Below, in pieces: positions 44,346-54,234 of a stretch of DNA of 62,954 bases (position 1 is its first letter; the number at the start of each line of letters is the position of its first letter). Source of the stretch: an uncultured virus (IMG/VR IMGVR_UViG_3300046836_000576) (Duplodnaviria > Heunggongvirae > Uroviricota > Caudoviricetes); IMG/VR virus record IMGVR_UViG_3300046836_000576. One strand, written 5' to 3'. The notes below the pieces were generated by a model. It ran no database searches and was not told the DNA's origin. It saw nothing but the letters and a program-made list of their open reading frames with translations. The translations under genes and the position numbers were made by a program.

Positions 44346-45348
44346 AGAAGCATTAACAAAGGCAATTGGTTTAGTTGTACCAGGTATTGCGAGGAAGGAA
44401 GTCTTTGATCAGGCTAATAAACTAGCCTTTGATCAAGGTAATCTGATATCTTACAATGATCAAGTTTCGATCTTTCACCCGCTTGAAGGAAGCGAAGAAC
44501 TTTCCGGTGCTCTTGATGGTCGTCGCTTGTACGACCTTCTGAACAAGACTGATTCTAGTAATGTTAAGATGATCCAAAAGGGTAACAATATTGAAGTAAG
44601 TGTTGGAAGGACCACGGTCAGTCTAATCACAGCACCGGTGGCTTTACCCTTTGCTGAGATCGACTGGACTGGTGAGGATCAGATTTTACCGAATGATTTT
44701 AAGAAGGGGCTAAAGTTGGTTGCTAGTACCTGTGCGCGCGACATGAGTAGGCCCGTTTTGACCTGCGTTTATATGGCGGGTGAGTATCTGACTGGGTCAG
44801 ATGGGTATCGCGTAGCCCAGTTTAGGATTGAAGGGGCGGATCTTCCATCTATTCTGTTACCCGTTACTGCTGCTGAATTGTTAGAGGATGAGGATTACGT
44901 TATCAAGACTGTTGCCGTTGGAGAGAAAGGTGAGTGGGTTAGGTTTGCTACAGAAGACAATACTGTGATTTGTGCGCGTACGTCATCTGGTACTTACCCG
45001 GATCTCTCTGCCACATTGTCTACAGAGGGAGAGGATATTACTCTACCAAAGAGGTTAACCGAAACACTGGAGCGCGCGCAGATCTTTTCCAAGCGGGATC
45101 ACAGGATTGACGAAGAGGTTAGAATCACTTTAAGTGGGACTCAAATTGTTGTTGGGGCTAGTTGTGATGGTGGAACGTTTAAGGAGATTGTGAGGGCAAG
45201 TCAAGAAGTCAGTGGTGAGTTTATGTTTAATATACATCCTGAGTTCTTGTCGAGAGCTTTAACCGAAGAGAATGCAAACTGTGTCCTAAATACTTCGAAG
45301 ATTAAGTTTACCGGACCGCAATGGGAACATGTGGTAGCACTTCGATGA
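44332..45348 (+). CDS. DNA polymerase III beta-like sliding clamp
   Basis: SRPVLTCV.....L.GSDGYR and G.YPD motifs; three-domain length (~338 aa). Confidence 0.8.
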   Translation: MDITREALTKAIGLVVPGIARKEVFDQANKLAFDQGNLISYNDQVSIFHPLEGSEELSGALDGRRLYDLLNKTDSSNVKMIQKGNNIEVSVGRTTVSLITAPVALPFAEIDWTGEDQILPNDFKKGLKLVASTCARDMSRPVLTCVYMAGEYLTGSDGYRVAQFRIEGADLPSILLPVTAAELLEDEDYVIKTVAVGEKGEWVRFATEDNTVICARTSSGTYPDLSATLSTEGEDITLPKRLTETLERAQIFSKRDHRIDEEVRITLSGTQIVVGASCDGGTFKEIVRASQEVSGEFMFNIHPEFLSRALTEENANCVLNTSKIKFTGPQWEHVVALR

Positions 45349-45533
45349 AGAAAGCTCAAGGTAATGATTTAGTTGAGGTCTCCGGCGAAGTTCGCAGTGA
45401 AACGGAGAAAGCCTATAGGTTTTATGACGGGAAAGAATACGTTTGGCTGCCTAAATCTCTGTGTGAGTGGGATAAAGGTGCTAAGGAAATGACAATGCCC
45501 GAATGGCTTGCGCAGGACAAAGGACTCATCTAA
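45345..45533 (+). CDS. Small phage hypothetical protein
   Basis: ETEKA...DG...VWLPKS...MPEWLA..KGL motif. Confidence 0.7.
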   Translation: MKKAQGNDLVEVSGEVRSETEKAYRFYDGKEYVWLPKSLCEWDKGAKEMTMPEWLAQDKGLI

Positions 45534-45793
45534 TGCGTATACACATCTATGAAGAAGAACTAGGTGAAGGTGTCGAACTTATCCGCAAGGATAACGTTAA
45601 TGGTAACGAGACTTTTTATGGTCTTCGTATATGGCTTAAATCACCAAAAGAGATACTTGAGCATTCTACACCAGAAGATGACGATCGTAATGCCGTAACT
45701 TTTTGGTGCCGCTCAAAGGATGACCTGTTTGGGATGCTGGTTTCCATGTCAGATGCACTTGGTTGTTCGAGAATCACAAGGCTCGACGGGTGA
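45533..45793 (+). CDS. Hypothetical protein
   Basis: TAATG coupling; H...DDD..AVTFW motif. Confidence 0.6.
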   Translation: MRIHIYEEELGEGVELIRKDNVNGNETFYGLRIWLKSPKEILEHSTPEDDDRNAVTFWCRSKDDLFGMLVSMSDALGCSRITRLDG

Positions 45794-45796
45794 TAA

Positions 45797-47032
45797 ATGC
45801 CAATACCGAGGTTATTCGGGGATAATGAACCTCCAGCTAAAGGTGGGCTGGGTAAACCTCTGTCATGTGTATCTTGTGGTCTGTATAATGGACCAATCAA
45901 CCCAAAGATGCCTCCCTTCGGGGATTTCAAGAAACAGATTATGGTTATTGGTGAAGGACCCGGTGAACAAGAGGATCGAAAAGGTAGACCATTCCAGGGA
46001 CCAACCGGTAATGCTATCAAAGAAGCATTGAGTGATCTTGGTATTGATCTATTTCGTGATTGTATAAATTTGAATGCAGTTAATTGTCGACCACCTAGTA
46101 ATAGAGCACCATCTGTCCACGAGATTGCGTGTTGTAGAGCGCGGATAGTGTCCCCCGCTATAGCTGCGCATAGTCCTCGATTAATGCTGCTACTGGGCGG
46201 GAGCGCCGTTACTAGTGTCCTTGGAAGTGTGCTACCGGAAGCGCAGGACTCGAGCATTGGAAAGTGGCGTGGTTTTCACATCCCTCTACCGGAATTAGGT
46301 GCCTGGATTTGCCCAACGTATCATCCCAGTTATGTTTCCAGGTCCAGTGATAGGCCTGAAGTAGAGACAGTTTGGAAGAATGATTTGAAACAAGCTATTG
46401 ACTTGCTAAATGTATCTGTACCCAGAGTAGAGATTTTACGTAATAGGATTGTTCTTCTTCATGGTGAAGAAGAGATTCTTAGAGCATTGAATAGGGTAAA
46501 AGTACGAAAAGGTCTGTTCTCATTTGATTATGAGACTGTAGGATTAAGTGCAAAGTTACACAGTATAGTTTGTGCGTCTTTTTGTCAGTCACCTGAGCGT
46601 GCGTATGCGTTTATGTTTACTGATGCTTCCGAGGCTGTTCGTCAAGCTTGGCGGGATATTCTAGTAAACGAAGATATTGGTAAGATCTCACATAATCTAT
46701 CATTTGAATATGAGTGGAGCCGCTTCCATTTTGATATTGATGAGATAAATTGGGCTTGGGATAGTATGCTTGCAGCACATGTTATTGATAATCGTACGGG
46801 TATTTGTGGGTTAAAGTTTCAATCTTTTATCAATTTTGGTGTTGTAGGGTATGAGAATTTAATCGATCCCTATTTAAAGTCTGTAACACCGCGAGATCCC
46901 ACTGCGCCAAACCGTATACTAGAGTTTATAGAGAGGCATGGTGAAGATGAATGCCTAATCTATTGCGGGATTGACTCCCTTCTCGCCTATAGGTTAACCA
47001 TGAAGCAAATGAAAGAGATTGAAGATGGCTGA
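45797..47032 (+). CDS. Family-4 uracil-DNA glycosylase fused to a DnaQ-like 3'-5' exonuclease (N-terminal half of a split Pol A)
   Basis: CxxC, GEGPG..ED..G.PF.G..G, NCRPP.NR.P and TYHPS, then FDYET, HNL.FE, DSMLAAH and Y...D. Confidence 0.88.
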   Translation: MPIPRLFGDNEPPAKGGLGKPLSCVSCGLYNGPINPKMPPFGDFKKQIMVIGEGPGEQEDRKGRPFQGPTGNAIKEALSDLGIDLFRDCINLNAVNCRPPSNRAPSVHEIACCRARIVSPAIAAHSPRLMLLLGGSAVTSVLGSVLPEAQDSSIGKWRGFHIPLPELGAWICPTYHPSYVSRSSDRPEVETVWKNDLKQAIDLLNVSVPRVEILRNRIVLLHGEEEILRALNRVKVRKGLFSFDYETVGLSAKLHSIVCASFCQSPERAYAFMFTDASEAVRQAWRDILVNEDIGKISHNLSFEYEWSRFHFDIDEINWAWDSMLAAHVIDNRTGICGLKFQSFINFGVVGYENLIDPYLKSVTPRDPTAPNRILEFIERHGEDECLIYCGIDSLLAYRLTMKQMKEIEDG

Positions 47033-47231
47033 TGTTCACTTTGATTTTGGTATTTGGAATCAAAAGGCAGGTTGGATAGGAAAGTGCCCTAAACATGGTC
47101 CTCAGCAGAGTGGTCTTTCTATTTCCCTCCCACCCCTAATTAGAAATTATTGTGGTGAATGTTTAATTGAATTGTTAGATCAGTTTTGTCATCCTCTGGA
47201 GTACGTCAATGAAAATGATGGAAGCCTATAA
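47025..47231 (+). CDS. Small Cys-containing protein inserted between the polymerase halves
   Basis: CPKHG...YCGEC; overlaps both flanking genes. Confidence 0.55.
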   Translation: MADVHFDFGIWNQKAGWIGKCPKHGPQQSGLSISLPPLIRNYCGECLIELLDQFCHPLEYVNENDGSL

Positions 47232-48588
47232 GCTGCTCCAACGAGGGGCTGAAGCTCTTACCCTTGTAGAGGAAGCGGGGATTTGTATTGATCTTGTTTA
47301 TGTTAGGGAGAAACTGGCTTGGGTTGAGCAAAAGTTAAAGCAGTCAGAATTACGACTAAAGAGCAGTGAGTTAGGCATTGCTTGGCTTGGTCGCTATGGT
47401 GATGCAATGAAGATTCAAAGTGTCCCTCAATTGAGACACATCCTTTATCAGGATATGCGAGCTAAACCATTCAAGATGTCTGAGGGTGGTGAAGAGAGTA
47501 CAAACGAGGAATCCCTTCGACAGACTAATGTTGATGGTGTTGTCCATTTGTTGCGGATGCGGAGGCTGAAAAAGGCTAAAGATGTTTTGAAAGTGTTGAT
47601 TAGATCTACAGTCAATGGCAAGATCCACCCATCTTTTCTGTTGCATACAGTATCAACGTATAGATCGTCTAGTGCTGATCCCAACCTGCAGAATATACCA
47701 GCCCGAGATAAAGAAATTATGGACATCTGTAGAAGGGCGTTTCTTCCCAGCCCTGGTCATATTTTGATGGAGATTGACTTTTCAGGTATTGAAGTCGGTA
47801 TTGCAGCAACTTATCACAAAGATCCTGTAATGATTAAGTACTTACAGGATGAGACAAGTGATATGCACGGGGATATGGCAGGTGAGATTTTCTTGCTGCC
47901 CAAATTGAATACCCCTCTCAAAGAGATGGAAGGTGGGTATACATTAAGGCAGTCAGCAAAGAACGGGTTTGTCTTCCCGCAATTCTACGGTGACTATTAC
48001 GAGCCCTGCGCGCTTAATGTCGCTTGTTCCTGGTGCAAGCTACCAAAGGATGGAATGTGGAAGCCTAATCACGGTGTTGTATTTAATGGTAAACCCATAG
48101 GGGAACATTTGATATCTAAAGACATTGATTCGTTTAGTGTATTTGTTGATCACATGGAACGGGTACAAAACAACTTTTGGGGCAAGCGTTTCAAAGTATA
48201 TAATGCTTGGAGAAAGACTTGGCATTCTAAGTACCAAAAGACCGGTGAATTTGAAATGAAGACCGGGTTTAGGGTCTCCGGTGTTATGGAAAAGAATCAA
48301 GTAATCAATTTCCCTGTACAAGGGGCCGCATTCCATTGTTTGTTATGGTCTTTGATTGAAATGGTAAAGCAGTTAAAGGGTTGGCAGAGTAAGGTGGTTG
48401 GTGAGATACACGACAGTATGCTGATAGATGCACATCCAGACGAGATCTCTGATATTATTCTAATGGCGCAGCAAATCTGCACGGTCGATCTACCAAACCA
48501 CTGGTCTTGGATAGATATACCTATGCGTATCGAAGTTGCTGCCTCAGAAATAGATGGTAACTGGGCTGAAATGAAAGGTGCAGCATGA
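47209..48588 (+). CDS. Family A DNA polymerase, polymerase domain
   Basis: T.RSSS..PNLQNIP, DFSGIE (motif A), R..AK...F...YG (motif B), N.PVQG and IHDS (motif C). Confidence 0.92.
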   Translation: MKMMEAYKLLQRGAEALTLVEEAGICIDLVYVREKLAWVEQKLKQSELRLKSSELGIAWLGRYGDAMKIQSVPQLRHILYQDMRAKPFKMSEGGEESTNEESLRQTNVDGVVHLLRMRRLKKAKDVLKVLIRSTVNGKIHPSFLLHTVSTYRSSSADPNLQNIPARDKEIMDICRRAFLPSPGHILMEIDFSGIEVGIAATYHKDPVMIKYLQDETSDMHGDMAGEIFLLPKLNTPLKEMEGGYTLRQSAKNGFVFPQFYGDYYEPCALNVACSWCKLPKDGMWKPNHGVVFNGKPIGEHLISKDIDSFSVFVDHMERVQNNFWGKRFKVYNAWRKTWHSKYQKTGEFEMKTGFRVSGVMEKNQVINFPVQGAAFHCLLWSLIEMVKQLKGWQSKVVGEIHDSMLIDAHPDEISDIILMAQQICTVDLPNHWSWIDIPMRIEVAASEIDGNWAEMKGAA

Positions 48589-49544
48589 GTTTATATCAAA
48601 AATATCGTCCCCATTCTTTTGCTGAGATGGTCGGTAATGAAACGCTTGTATCTAATCTTAAAGGGTTGTTGGCTCTTGATGATCCTCCACATGCTTTTCT
48701 ATTTCACGGACCCACTGGGTGTGGAAAAACGACACTGGGGAGGATAGTCGCAACCGAGTTAGGTTGTCATGAACAAGACTTTAAGGAAATAGACACTGCT
48801 GACTTTCGTGGTATTGATACTGCTCGTACTATTAGGCATAACGCACACTATAAGGCATTGGGTGGCACCAGACGTGCCTGGCTTATTGATGAGGCACATA
48901 AGCTGACTAATGATGCGCAAAATGCTTTGTTAAAGGGTCTGGAAGATCCACCAGATCATTGTTTTTATGTGCTTGCTACTACTGATCCTGATAAGCTTCT
49001 TGATACAATAAAGGGTAGATGCTCTGTTCACACGGTCAGTCCATTGACTATACCGAATATGGTCAGGTTAATGGTTAAGGTATGCGCCCGTGAGCATGTA
49101 TCTTTACCAAAGAATGTACTAAGTGCTGTAGCGCTTAAGGCTTCACTTGGGTTTGACGCTGACAAAGTTGATATTGATAAAGCCGAGATATGTTATCCCA
49201 GACACGCTCTTCAGCTTTTAGAAAAAGTCGTTGCGGCGGGTCCAGATGATTATATTAAGGTAATTGAAGCGTCCGACAATATAGCTAAGAATGCAGACAG
49301 GTTGGTGACATCGTTGCTTCAAAAACATCGTTGGCGTCAAGTTAGTTCGATTCTATCGATAATTCCTGAAGATGATGTTGAAATAACCCGTAGGCGTGTA
49401 ATTGGTTATGCTCGTCAGGTTCTGTTGAATGGAGATGGGAATGACGTTGCTGCTGAAATAATTCATCATTTTTCAGCACCATTCTTTGATAGTGGACCTC
49501 CTGGTCTAGCATTGGCATGTTATATGGTAATCAAAAGTGGGTGA
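48585..49544 (+). CDS. Clamp loader, DnaX gamma/tau-like AAA+ subunit
   Basis: LYQKYRP..F..MVG, GPTGCGKTT, IDEAHKLT..AQNALLK.LE.PP and TIKGRC motifs. Confidence 0.9.
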   Translation: MSLYQKYRPHSFAEMVGNETLVSNLKGLLALDDPPHAFLFHGPTGCGKTTLGRIVATELGCHEQDFKEIDTADFRGIDTARTIRHNAHYKALGGTRRAWLIDEAHKLTNDAQNALLKGLEDPPDHCFYVLATTDPDKLLDTIKGRCSVHTVSPLTIPNMVRLMVKVCAREHVSLPKNVLSAVALKASLGFDADKVDIDKAEICYPRHALQLLEKVVAAGPDDYIKVIEASDNIAKNADRLVTSLLQKHRWRQVSSILSIIPEDDVEITRRRVIGYARQVLLNGDGNDVAAEIIHHFSAPFFDSGPPGLALACYMVIKSG

Positions 49545-49575
49545 CGTAATCGTATAATATAGTAGGAGATGTCAA

Positions 49576-50043
49576 GTGTCCTATGAGCAAGACATTGAGA
49601 TTGATGAATCCGCTCTAGATGTAGAATGGGTAGATCATTCACGTAGGATGCTTGTGTACACAACCAATGCAGCTGAGGCACATCGCGATATGGATTTGGC
49701 AAAGGCGCAAGTTGACTATGTTAAAGCCCGACTTGATAAAGAAGTAAGAGAAGATCCCAGGGCGTTTGGTCTTGGAGATCGTATAACAGAGGGAGCAATT
49801 TCTTCTGTAATTACTATCAATGATGAATATGATGCAATTAATCGAGACTATATTGAAAAGAAGTATCAATATGAGGTGGCCACTGGAGTTGTTAAGTCGT
49901 TTGAGCATCGCAAAAGTGCCTTGGAAAATTTAGTGAGGCTGCATGGGCAAAGTTACTTTGCAGGACCCTCGGTTCCGCATAATTTATCCGAAGAGAGGCA
50001 AAAGCGAATTAATCGATCTATTAGACTACAGAGGAGAAATTGA
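49576..50043 (+). CDS. UvsY-like coiled-coil recombination mediator
   Basis: Helical protein with ITEGAI and FEHRKSALENL; upstream of SSB and RecA. Confidence 0.55.
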   Translation: MSYEQDIEIDESALDVEWVDHSRRMLVYTTNAAEAHRDMDLAKAQVDYVKARLDKEVREDPRAFGLGDRITEGAISSVITINDEYDAINRDYIEKKYQYEVATGVVKSFEHRKSALENLVRLHGQSYFAGPSVPHNLSEERQKRINRSIRLQRRN

Positions 50044-50182
50044 TTGGAATTTGCAATCGCAATCGTGGTTGTGGGTTTAGCCGCCTTGCCTTTCTATGTT
50101 TTTGTATTGGCTAAGTGCGCAGCATCGGGTTGGGCCGCTGGGACGATATCTTATCTGTCCTATACACGGAGGAAACAATCTA

Positions 50183-51334
50183 ATGGCAAAGAGTCGCTTC
50201 ACGAGTTTCAAGGACAAGATTGTCTTTAACGCTACTCAACAGCGTAACAAGGCAGCAAATTACGGTCATTTATCCATCCCGCGAGGATTTACGGTCTTCA
50301 AGGAAGAGCCCGGTTCCCGCATTTCTATTGATATTATGTCTTATGTTGTCACAGACCCCAACCATCCAGATAAGGATGAGACAACGGGTAGTGCTGAAAA
50401 GGGTGGTCTTTGGTACCGTCGCCCTTACAAGTTGCATCGTAATGTTGGTGCTGATAAGTCATCGGTTGTCTGCCCCACAAGTATTGGGAAGAAGTGTCCG
50501 ATTTGCGAGTATCGGTCAAAACTTCTTTCTGATGGTGTGGATTGGAAAGATGATGCAGTAAAGAACGCCCGTCCCAGTTCGCGGTCACTTTATTTGATTA
50601 TTCCCAAGGATAACAAGAAGTTTGAAGAGAAACCGCATCTTTGGGATATATCGGACTTTCTGTTCCAGGCTAAGTTGAATAATGAGATTGAGGAAAACCC
50701 TGATGAGCTTGGGGATTTTCCGCATCCTGCTAATGGGTTGACGTTAAAGATCCGATTCTCTGAAGAGAAGCTTGGTGGGAACACGTTTGCGGAAACCTCG
50801 CGCATTGATTTTGAACAGCGTGGGTATGCTTACGATGATGCCACTATTGATGCACTGCCCTCACTTGACGAGGTCGTTACAATTAAGGATTACAAGGAAA
50901 TCCAAAAGATGTTCCTTGAGGGTGGGGATGATGATGAACCAGAGGAAGAGAAACCAGTTATTCAGGTTACTCGTATCTCTGCGCGAACCGCACCCGCGCG
51001 AACTACACCAATAAGAACTGTTGTTGTACCTATAGAGGAAGAGACCGAAGAGGAACCAGAGGAGGAGCCCGAAGAGCCCGAAGAGGAGACACGTACGCCT
51101 TCTGTTTACCGTAGGCCTACACCGGTAGCGAAACCTGCAGAAAAGCCCGCAGCAAAGCCTCTAACACGTGGAGCGCCTCCGCCTGCTGCTCGTCCTGCTA
51201 AGGTAGCGGCCCCAGCTGAAGCTGGTACTTGTCCCCACGGATTTGTATTTGGTGAGGAATGCGATAAGCACGATCAGTGCGAAGATTGTCCAGTTTGGAC
51301 TGATTGCTACAATGCGAGTGGAAAAGCAGCATAA
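50183..51334 (+). CDS. gp32-like single-stranded DNA-binding protein
   Basis: H......VCP...GKKCPICE Zn motif and an acidic, Pro-rich C-terminal region; start corrected to 50183. Confidence 0.7.
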   Translation: MAKSRFTSFKDKIVFNATQQRNKAANYGHLSIPRGFTVFKEEPGSRISIDIMSYVVTDPNHPDKDETTGSAEKGGLWYRRPYKLHRNVGADKSSVVCPTSIGKKCPICEYRSKLLSDGVDWKDDAVKNARPSSRSLYLIIPKDNKKFEEKPHLWDISDFLFQAKLNNEIEENPDELGDFPHPANGLTLKIRFSEEKLGGNTFAETSRIDFEQRGYAYDDATIDALPSLDEVVTIKDYKEIQKMFLEGGDDDEPEEEKPVIQVTRISARTAPARTTPIRTVVVPIEEETEEEPEEEPEEPEEETRTPSVYRRPTPVAKPAEKPAAKPLTRGAPPPAARPAKVAAPAEAGTCPHGFVFGEECDKHDQCEDCPVWTDCYNASGKAA

Positions 51335-52374
51335 TGACAGCATCACCTGATCTTGCACAACAAGTAGAGGCTAGGTTAAAGAAGCCTCTTGTAAGGCGTT
51401 CCCCCTTAGCAGGTACTGAGCACGTTATCTCCACAGGATCTACTTTGCTTGATATGGCAATCTCCGGTGGTCGCTTTAAAGAAGGCGGCCTACCGGGTGG
51501 GATCCTGGTTGAGATCTTTGGTCCTTCCAGTTGTGGCAAGACTGTGATGTTGTGTGAACTTGCGGGCGCTGTGCAACGCAAGGGTGGTAGGGTAATGTTT
51601 CGTGATCCGGAGGCTAGACTAAATGCGCAGTTCGCTAAGTTGTTTGGGTTTAAGGTTGAAGATTGCGACTACAAGCAACCTGATACGGTGCCTGAATTAT
51701 TTGAGCCAGTCAGAAGTTGGAATCCTGAGTCCGAGAATGGCACGATTAATGGTGTCTTTGCGGACTCGCTTGCAGCGCTATCAACTAAGATGGAAATGGA
51801 GGATGCAGATAAATACGGGATGCGTAGAGCAAAAGAATTTAGTGAAGAATGCCGGAAAACGTGTCGAATCCTGACCCAGCGCAATCTATTGATGGTTTGT
51901 TCTAATCAGGTTAGGCAAAATATTGATACAAACCCCTTTGCCGAAAAGTATACCAGTCCCGGTGGCGTCTCCATTGGCTTTTATTCAAGTCTGAGGTTGC
52001 GTTGTCATACACCAAAAAAGATTGGGATTGAAAAAGATATTGGCAAGAGTAAGTTTAAGCGGGTTGTAGGTGTTGAAACTTCAGTTGAAGTGTATAAGAG
52101 CAGCCTGGATGTTCCATTCCGTACAGCACCATTGTATATCATGTACGACTTTGGCATAGACGACATCCGCGCTAATTTAATCTACAATAAGTCGATAGTG
52201 GGCTCCCAAACGTATAATATTGGTGAAAGAAGGTTGCATACTGGTCTTGATAAATCTATTAGAATAGTCGAAGAAGAGGGACTTGAACCAGAATTAAAGA
52301 AAGAGACTATTCAATTATGGCACGAAGTTGAAGAGAAGTTTAAGATAAATCGCAAACCAAAGAGGCGAGAGTGA
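51334..52374 (+). CDS. RecA/UvsX-like recombinase
   Basis: STGS..LD.A, GG.P.G..VEIFGP.S.GKT, DS.AAL, NQ.R and PGG....FY.S.R motifs. Confidence 0.92.
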   Translation: MTASPDLAQQVEARLKKPLVRRSPLAGTEHVISTGSTLLDMAISGGRFKEGGLPGGILVEIFGPSSCGKTVMLCELAGAVQRKGGRVMFRDPEARLNAQFAKLFGFKVEDCDYKQPDTVPELFEPVRSWNPESENGTINGVFADSLAALSTKMEMEDADKYGMRRAKEFSEECRKTCRILTQRNLLMVCSNQVRQNIDTNPFAEKYTSPGGVSIGFYSSLRLRCHTPKKIGIEKDIGKSKFKRVVGVETSVEVYKSSLDVPFRTAPLYIMYDFGIDDIRANLIYNKSIVGSQTYNIGERRLHTGLDKSIRIVEEEGLEPELKKETIQLWHEVEEKFKINRKPKRRE

Positions 52375-52558
52375 GTGACCAAGGTAGAACAACCAGATAT
52401 ATTTACGCGGCAGGGTCCCTGGTTGAAGCTGACTTAGGGTCCAGATATAATTACTTGTATTTCTTTATTGGAGTTTTGATCGTGGCAGCAATAGGAGGTG
52501 GATTGTATGTAGGAACTTACGTAGTGTCTGCGTGTTTTTCGAAGTGAAGGAGGAATAG

Positions 52559-52990
52559 ATGGAGAAGCGTCGTCTAGATGATCTGTGGGCCTATGACAAG
52601 TTCAGTCGTGCAGTAAAGGAAGAGCACGGCCTTGATCCTAGGAGCCACATTCGTTACCTTGAAGACCGTCGCGGTTGTTGCGTTGTTCTCGTCGTAAAGA
52701 AAAGCTCTTATAGCTGGGCTATCGACGAGGGCAATTTCAATTGGCTAGTCAACCTGCAGCGTCGCAATCGTGTAGACCAGACTTATGTTGCTCTGGTTGA
52801 GGATTGGGATAATGGAGAGATCATCAACTATGACACTGCGTTGAATGTTGACAGTCGCCTTCGCAATGTCCCACCCAATAACGGTGATGACGGAGGCACT
52901 TATTGGTGGGTGGACGAGAATTTCACCCCCAGCGGTGGTACCGGTGGTGTGCTGAGTAGGGGTCGCACCCTCACGAAGTCGCCGTTCTAA
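52559..52990 (+). CDS. Hypothetical protein
   Basis: GGAGG RBS. Confidence 0.6.
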   Translation: MEKRRLDDLWAYDKFSRAVKEEHGLDPRSHIRYLEDRRGCCVVLVVKKSSYSWAIDEGNFNWLVNLQRRNRVDQTYVALVEDWDNGEIINYDTALNVDSRLRNVPPNNGDDGGTYWWVDENFTPSGGTGGVLSRGRTLTKSPF

Positions 52991-53509
52991 ATGAAGGCAG
53001 GTTCCGGTAAAGGTAAAGGGGCAGCTTTCGAGCGTGAAGTCTCTCGAAGGCTGTCCCTTTGGTTATCGGAGGGTAAGCGAGATGATCTCTTGTGGCGCAG
53101 TGCTATGAGTGGTGGTCTCGCTACCTTACAATATAGAAAAGACAAGATAAATTTAACACAATCTGGAGATCTGAGTGCGGTAGGGGAAGGTGCGTACGAA
53201 TTCTGTGAAAAGACCTTTGTTGAATGTAAGCACTATCAGGATTTGCAGATAGGCCGTTCCATTGTAAATAAGACAGGTGGGTTGATTACCTTCTGGAAGA
53301 TAGTGGTTAGGGAGGCTCGTAAGTATGATAAACGACCTCTGTTGATTGCAAAGCAGAATAGGTATCCCACTATTGTAGTCACTGATACAAGGCATCCTCG
53401 TCTCTGGTTAAACCCTATTGTAACAGTGGACCACTGGGAAGTGCCTGCCTTCGTATATAATTTTGACAGTGTTACAAGTGTACGTAGACCGCTTAGGAGA
53501 GGTAATTGA
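52991..53509 (+). CDS. Holliday junction resolvase (Hjc-like PD-(D/E)XK)
   Basis: KGAAFEREV...L, SGG, GDL and VECKHY motifs. Confidence 0.8.
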   Translation: MKAGSGKGKGAAFEREVSRRLSLWLSEGKRDDLLWRSAMSGGLATLQYRKDKINLTQSGDLSAVGEGAYEFCEKTFVECKHYQDLQIGRSIVNKTGGLITFWKIVVREARKYDKRPLLIAKQNRYPTIVVTDTRHPRLWLNPIVTVDHWEVPAFVYNFDSVTSVRRPLRRGN

Positions 53510-53510
53510 A

Positions 53511-53708
53511 ATGGATATTAACTTGAAGAATGCTTATACAAAACTTATCAATAAGCATTATTCAGCGGTTCAAACCGACACGCTTCTAGGTAATTGCGCA
53601 GATGATGATAAGTTTCTTAGACTTGAAAGAACTGCCAAACAATTCTGGGCAGACTATCACGAAGCTGAAAAAGAATTTCTCGCATTGTTGGAAGGAAAGG
53701 GTAATTGA
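53511..53708 (+). CDS. Small hypothetical protein flanked by 15-bp direct repeats
   Basis: GGTAATTGAAATGGA at both junctions. Confidence 0.55.
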   Translation: MDINLKNAYTKLINKHYSAVQTDTLLGNCADDDKFLRLERTAKQFWADYHEAEKEFLALLEGKGN

Positions 53709-53709
53709 A

Positions 53710-53988
53710 ATGGACGACGAAAAGAAAGTAATGATTCCAGTCATTCAATTTGGTGGGATGCGCCCGCCGCGTATCCGTGGCCCCGGTGAGGAGCTAAGCC
53801 GCCGCATGGGTGAAGGCTTTTCAGAGGCAATGGGTGATGAGGCGATTCGGGCTGACTTGGTGCTGGAAGTATTGGCCGTTTGGGTCACCGCACTGATTAA
53901 GGTACATCCGTCATGCCAGGAATATCTGGAAGGGTTCTTTATGGAGACGCTGGCGAATAGTTTATCCGAAGGTAATTCTATTCAATAG
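53710..53988 (+). CDS. Hypothetical protein
   Basis: Start corrected to ATG 53710. Confidence 0.55.
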   Translation: MDDEKKVMIPVIQFGGMRPPRIRGPGEELSRRMGEGFSEAMGDEAIRADLVLEVLAVWVTALIKVHPSCQEYLEGFFMETLANSLSEGNSIQ

Positions 53989-53997
53989 AGTAGGTGG

Positions 53998-54234
53998 ATG
54001 ATGACTGATCTAAGTGGATTCACGTTATTTAAGACAGGTGGGCGTTGGCAATTGTCAACTCGGCAGGAAGGACGTGATGGTTGGGATGTCCGATTCATAG
54101 GTAATGAGCTTGCACAGGATATTTTTGAGAAGATCGCTACTGGTGTAGAACTTCCACCGGTTGTACATAGGAAAGTATTAGCATTATCACCGGATCCTAT
54201 TGTAGCTAAGCCTAAGTTTGTTCGGGGAAACTAA
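53998..54234 (+). CDS. Hypothetical protein
   Basis: Coupled to the nuclease gene (TAATG). Confidence 0.55.
   Translation: MMTDLSGFTLFKTGGRWQLSTRQEGRDGWDVRFIGNELAQDIFEKIATGVELPPVVHRKVLALSPDPIVAKPKFVRGN

Noticed and set aside
47025..47231. Group I intron or homing endonuclease splitting the polymerase
   Set aside because: Only 200 bp, fully occupied by a small ORF, with no recognisable P/Q/R/S core or nuclease motif.
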